Shown here: one piece after another, positions 47,447-49,569 of the stretch
How positions within the stretch are numbered: position 1 is the stretch's first letter
Layout: every line of letters begins with the position of its first letter
Assembly: GCA_043821645.1 (NCBI GenBank)
Contig: JBDRCO010000066.1
Span: forward strand, 1 to 49,569
DNA length: 49,569 nt
Reading direction: 5' to 3'
Source: Pseudomonadota bacterium
GTDB taxonomy: Bacteria > Myxococcota > JACRCW01 > JAFGSX01
Translations under genes and position numbers: made by a program
The notes under the pieces: generated by a model
What the model saw: the letters and a program-made list of their open reading frames with translations, nothing else
What the model was told of the DNA's origin: nothing
Databases searched by the model: none

Positions 47447-47763
47447 AGAGAGTGCGTGTGGCCTTGCCTTGCTGGCCTCAAGGGCTCAGAGCGAAAGCTT
47501 GGTTGTAAAGCTGGGCGTTTGAAAAAACTGGGGTTGGCCGGGCAGCCTACAAGCAGGGCGGTGGGGTTTTTTCCTGAATGGTGGTGTGGCTGGGGCAAGT
47601 GGGAGGTGATCCAAGGGGCGGTTTCTGCGCTCCGCGCCTTTCGACGTCATCTTTGTCGGTGGTGAGTTCAAGAAATCCGGGCGTTCAGTTCAGGAAGGCG
47701 GCCTGCCGCTACTGGCAGGTGCCATTCACGCACGCAGTGATGTTTCCAGAGGTGTCAACACAT

Positions 47764-47859
47764 TCAAAACGCTTTTGATTGCCGATGTAACCCCCAATTC
47801 TCGCACCACCAGCGGCCACCGGTAATAGTGGTTGAACTCACGCACTCCGGGACAAACAT
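47764..47859 (-). CDS. Candidate small peptide, 31 aa (MFVPECVSSTTITGGRWWCENWGLHRQSKAF)
   Basis: AAGGAG 7 nt upstream of the ATG; lies directly downstream of the thioredoxin-like gene; too short for the ORF track. Confidence 0.3.
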   Translation of the reverse strand: MFVPECVSSTTITGGRWWCENWGLHRQSKAF

Positions 47860-47919
47860 CGCATTTCTCCTTGGTCATGAGGGGCGTTTGAGTGAACTGG
47901 ATCAAGACCAGCAATTCCC

Positions 47920-48456
47920 CTACAACGCCTCTTCATGCTGCATGACCATTCTTATCGCTCTTGGAAGAAGAAGAAAAGTAGCAAAGTTCAACTCACACCC
48001 ACCCAGGTAGTAATCGAGAGCCATCTCTTCTTCCGCAATGCCATCGAGTGTTCCGACTATCATTGCGTAATTATCCGCGAGCAAACTTTTAGGAAATACA
48101 GCCGTGTCGGTTTTTCCCGTCTCGTAGAGAAAGTTTATCCTGTATTTCTCTTCATACTTGTGTGCTTCTTCCCTCGTGCAGAATTCCTGGTTACAGATGG
48201 CAACAATATTGATATGTCGGCGACTTGAAGATATCCTTTCGAGTACCTCGAAGTGCTCGATGCATGGCTCACAAAATGGAGCCCAGTAGTTCAGGTAAAA
48301 CAAAGACACATCCGAATTTTGGTTGATGTAGCTCACGACATCACCAGACTCAAGCCGGAGTTCCTTGGAACGCTGTACTGAGTAGAATAATCCTGCTGTT
48401 CCTAGGATGTAGGAGCCCAGAAAACAAAGGAGTGTAATCCTGATAACTGCCTTCAT
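47920..48456 (-). CDS. TlpA/ResA-like thioredoxin-fold protein, low GC
   Basis: N-terminal TM; 'LNYWAPFCEPC'; 'FPKSLL' cis-Pro loop. Confidence 0.8.
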   Translation of the reverse strand: MKAVIRITLLCFLGSYILGTAGLFYSVQRSKELRLESGDVVSYINQNSDVSLFYLNYWAPFCEPCIEHFEVLERISSSRRHINIVAICNQEFCTREEAHKYEEKYRINFLYETGKTDTAVFPKSLLADNYAMIVGTLDGIAEEEMALDYYLGGCELNFATFLLLPRAIRMVMQHEEAL

Positions 48457-48915
48457 GATAGTTTGACACCTAAATCTGGCGAGCCTGGGCTTCTACTCTG
48501 GGTTTACTCGTCATCCTGTTATCACATTCCTACGTGCAATCCGCTGAGGGCCGTCGCGATTCCTGCTTCGAGTCGCCAGGCTTGCGGCTCATCCTACCAG
48601 GCGGTGCCCCTCGTCTCCCCAAACCTATGGACGTGTTCCTTGCGCCGCCCCAGTTGGCCGCGATGCTACACCTGGCTCGGCACGAGGTTTTCGGGCGGCC
48701 CTGTAACGAGGTCTTGATGAACGAACCATGGCGAGAAATCATCGAGGTTTAACAGTTGCAGGTTGCTTGGCTGCTGGCCTGCTGGGCAACCTCGTCGAGT
48801 TTCTTGAGTAGCGGTCAAGTTCGAGCCAAATGAAACATGCCAAAATATCGTTCTTCATCGGACCAGTAGCTCTGCAACAATGCCCAGGGAAGCGTCGCTA
48901 TTTTTTATACAATTA

Positions 48916-49275
48916 TCACATGTAATCTTCTGAGCTAAGTTTTTCAATTACCCTGTTATGGGACTGAACAAGTCCGACAAATATTGTAACCAAACAGAGT
49001 ATACTCAATGCAATTGAATAGATTAGCCATCGCATCGAGCGATCTTCTTTGCTTCTGTACTTAATTACATTTGTGTACGATATTGTTGGCAATAACGATA
49101 TCGCCAAAACAAATACCCGGCTCAAGACGAGTCTTGTGATCCAATTAAATTCTCCCCTGTACTCGATATGTAGATTCTGTAAATTCCCCATTATAAAGAA
49201 TGGGTAGATCACCGTATGAGTCACAAACAGGCAGATGAAAATGATATTTAGAATATAGAATGATCTATCTCTCAT
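48916..49275 (-). CDS. Small 3-TM membrane protein, very low GC (immunity-like)
   Basis: 119 aa with three hydrophobic helices; AT-rich codons. Confidence 0.75.
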   Translation of the reverse strand: MRDRSFYILNIIFICLFVTHTVIYPFFIMGNLQNLHIEYRGEFNWITRLVLSRVFVLAISLLPTISYTNVIKYRSKEDRSMRWLIYSIALSILCLVTIFVGLVQSHNRVIEKLSSEDYM

Positions 49276-49452
49276 CTCTATTTGCCCGCACCTAGCTCGG
49301 ATCGATCATGAACAGAAAAGGCGGGCCATCACTTCGTCAGTGATTATCGTTGTTTTGCCGAACATCGATAGGGAAGCCTGAGCTGGTCCCCGGATCCTGG
49401 ACAGCCTGCTAAGGTGGACCCCGCCGGCGCATCCGCGATCTGCTAACGCCAC

Positions 49453-49569
49453 TCACGCTTCCACCCCCACGTAATCACAGAAAGATTCGTTGGTAATCCA
49501 GTGACGTGTCGGCGGCCTTTTCAGCTCTGGGTCGAGGGTCATGGCGACGAGATGATGCCACGAGTGGCC
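49453..49569 (-). CDS. C-terminal end of a gene entering from the right edge
   Basis: Open frame GHSWHHLVAMTLDPELKRPPTRHWITNESFCDYVGVEA*. Confidence 0.45.
   Translation of the reverse strand, partial: GHSWHHLVAMTLDPELKRPPTRHWITNESFCDYVGVEA

Noticed and set aside
47486-47671. IS91-like transposase tail or terminator
   Set aside because: Only 'LDHLPLAP' is suggestive, and the A6/T6-flanked segment does not form a clean stem.
48700-49460. Integron attC sites between the low-GC genes
   Set aside because: No convincing paired RYYYAAC/GTTRRRY boxes with an internal palindrome were found by eye.

Overview
GC-rich bacterial DNA that looks like an accessory, cell-surface region of a Myxococcota-like genome. 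This is inferred from Myxococcus-type Cys-rich repeats, a MYXO-CTERM tail, a Ser/Thr kinase next to an FHA-sigma54 activator, and an ECF/anti-sigma/caspase module. The window opens in the 5' end of an IS110-family transposase. It then carries many exported, mostly Cys-rich (lipo)proteins: a Cys-repeat/unknown-domain/RTX protein, two candidate zinc metalloproteases, an EGF-like repeat protein, a chimeric peptidoglycan amidase, a protein with an FrpC self-processing-module-like domain, an S8 subtilase and Ig-like (Big_5) proteins. Two signalling modules have candidate target promoters visible in the sequence. The first is the kinase plus FHA-sigma54 activator, with two sigma54 promoters driving neighbouring lipoprotein genes. 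The second is ECF sigma/anti-sigma/caspase, with twin divergent TGCARC-N15/16-GTGTTG promoters. A dispersed REP-like motif (GTGTCGGCTCTGTCCCC) occurs at least 7 times. The right end holds an NADP-dependent oxidoreductase, USP, Nramp/MntH and malic enzyme, followed by an AT-rich island with a TlpA-like thioredoxin, a small peptide ORF and an immunity-like membrane protein. All calls come from reading motifs by eye; no database searches were run, and several start codons were re-chosen from RBS or signal-peptide evidence.
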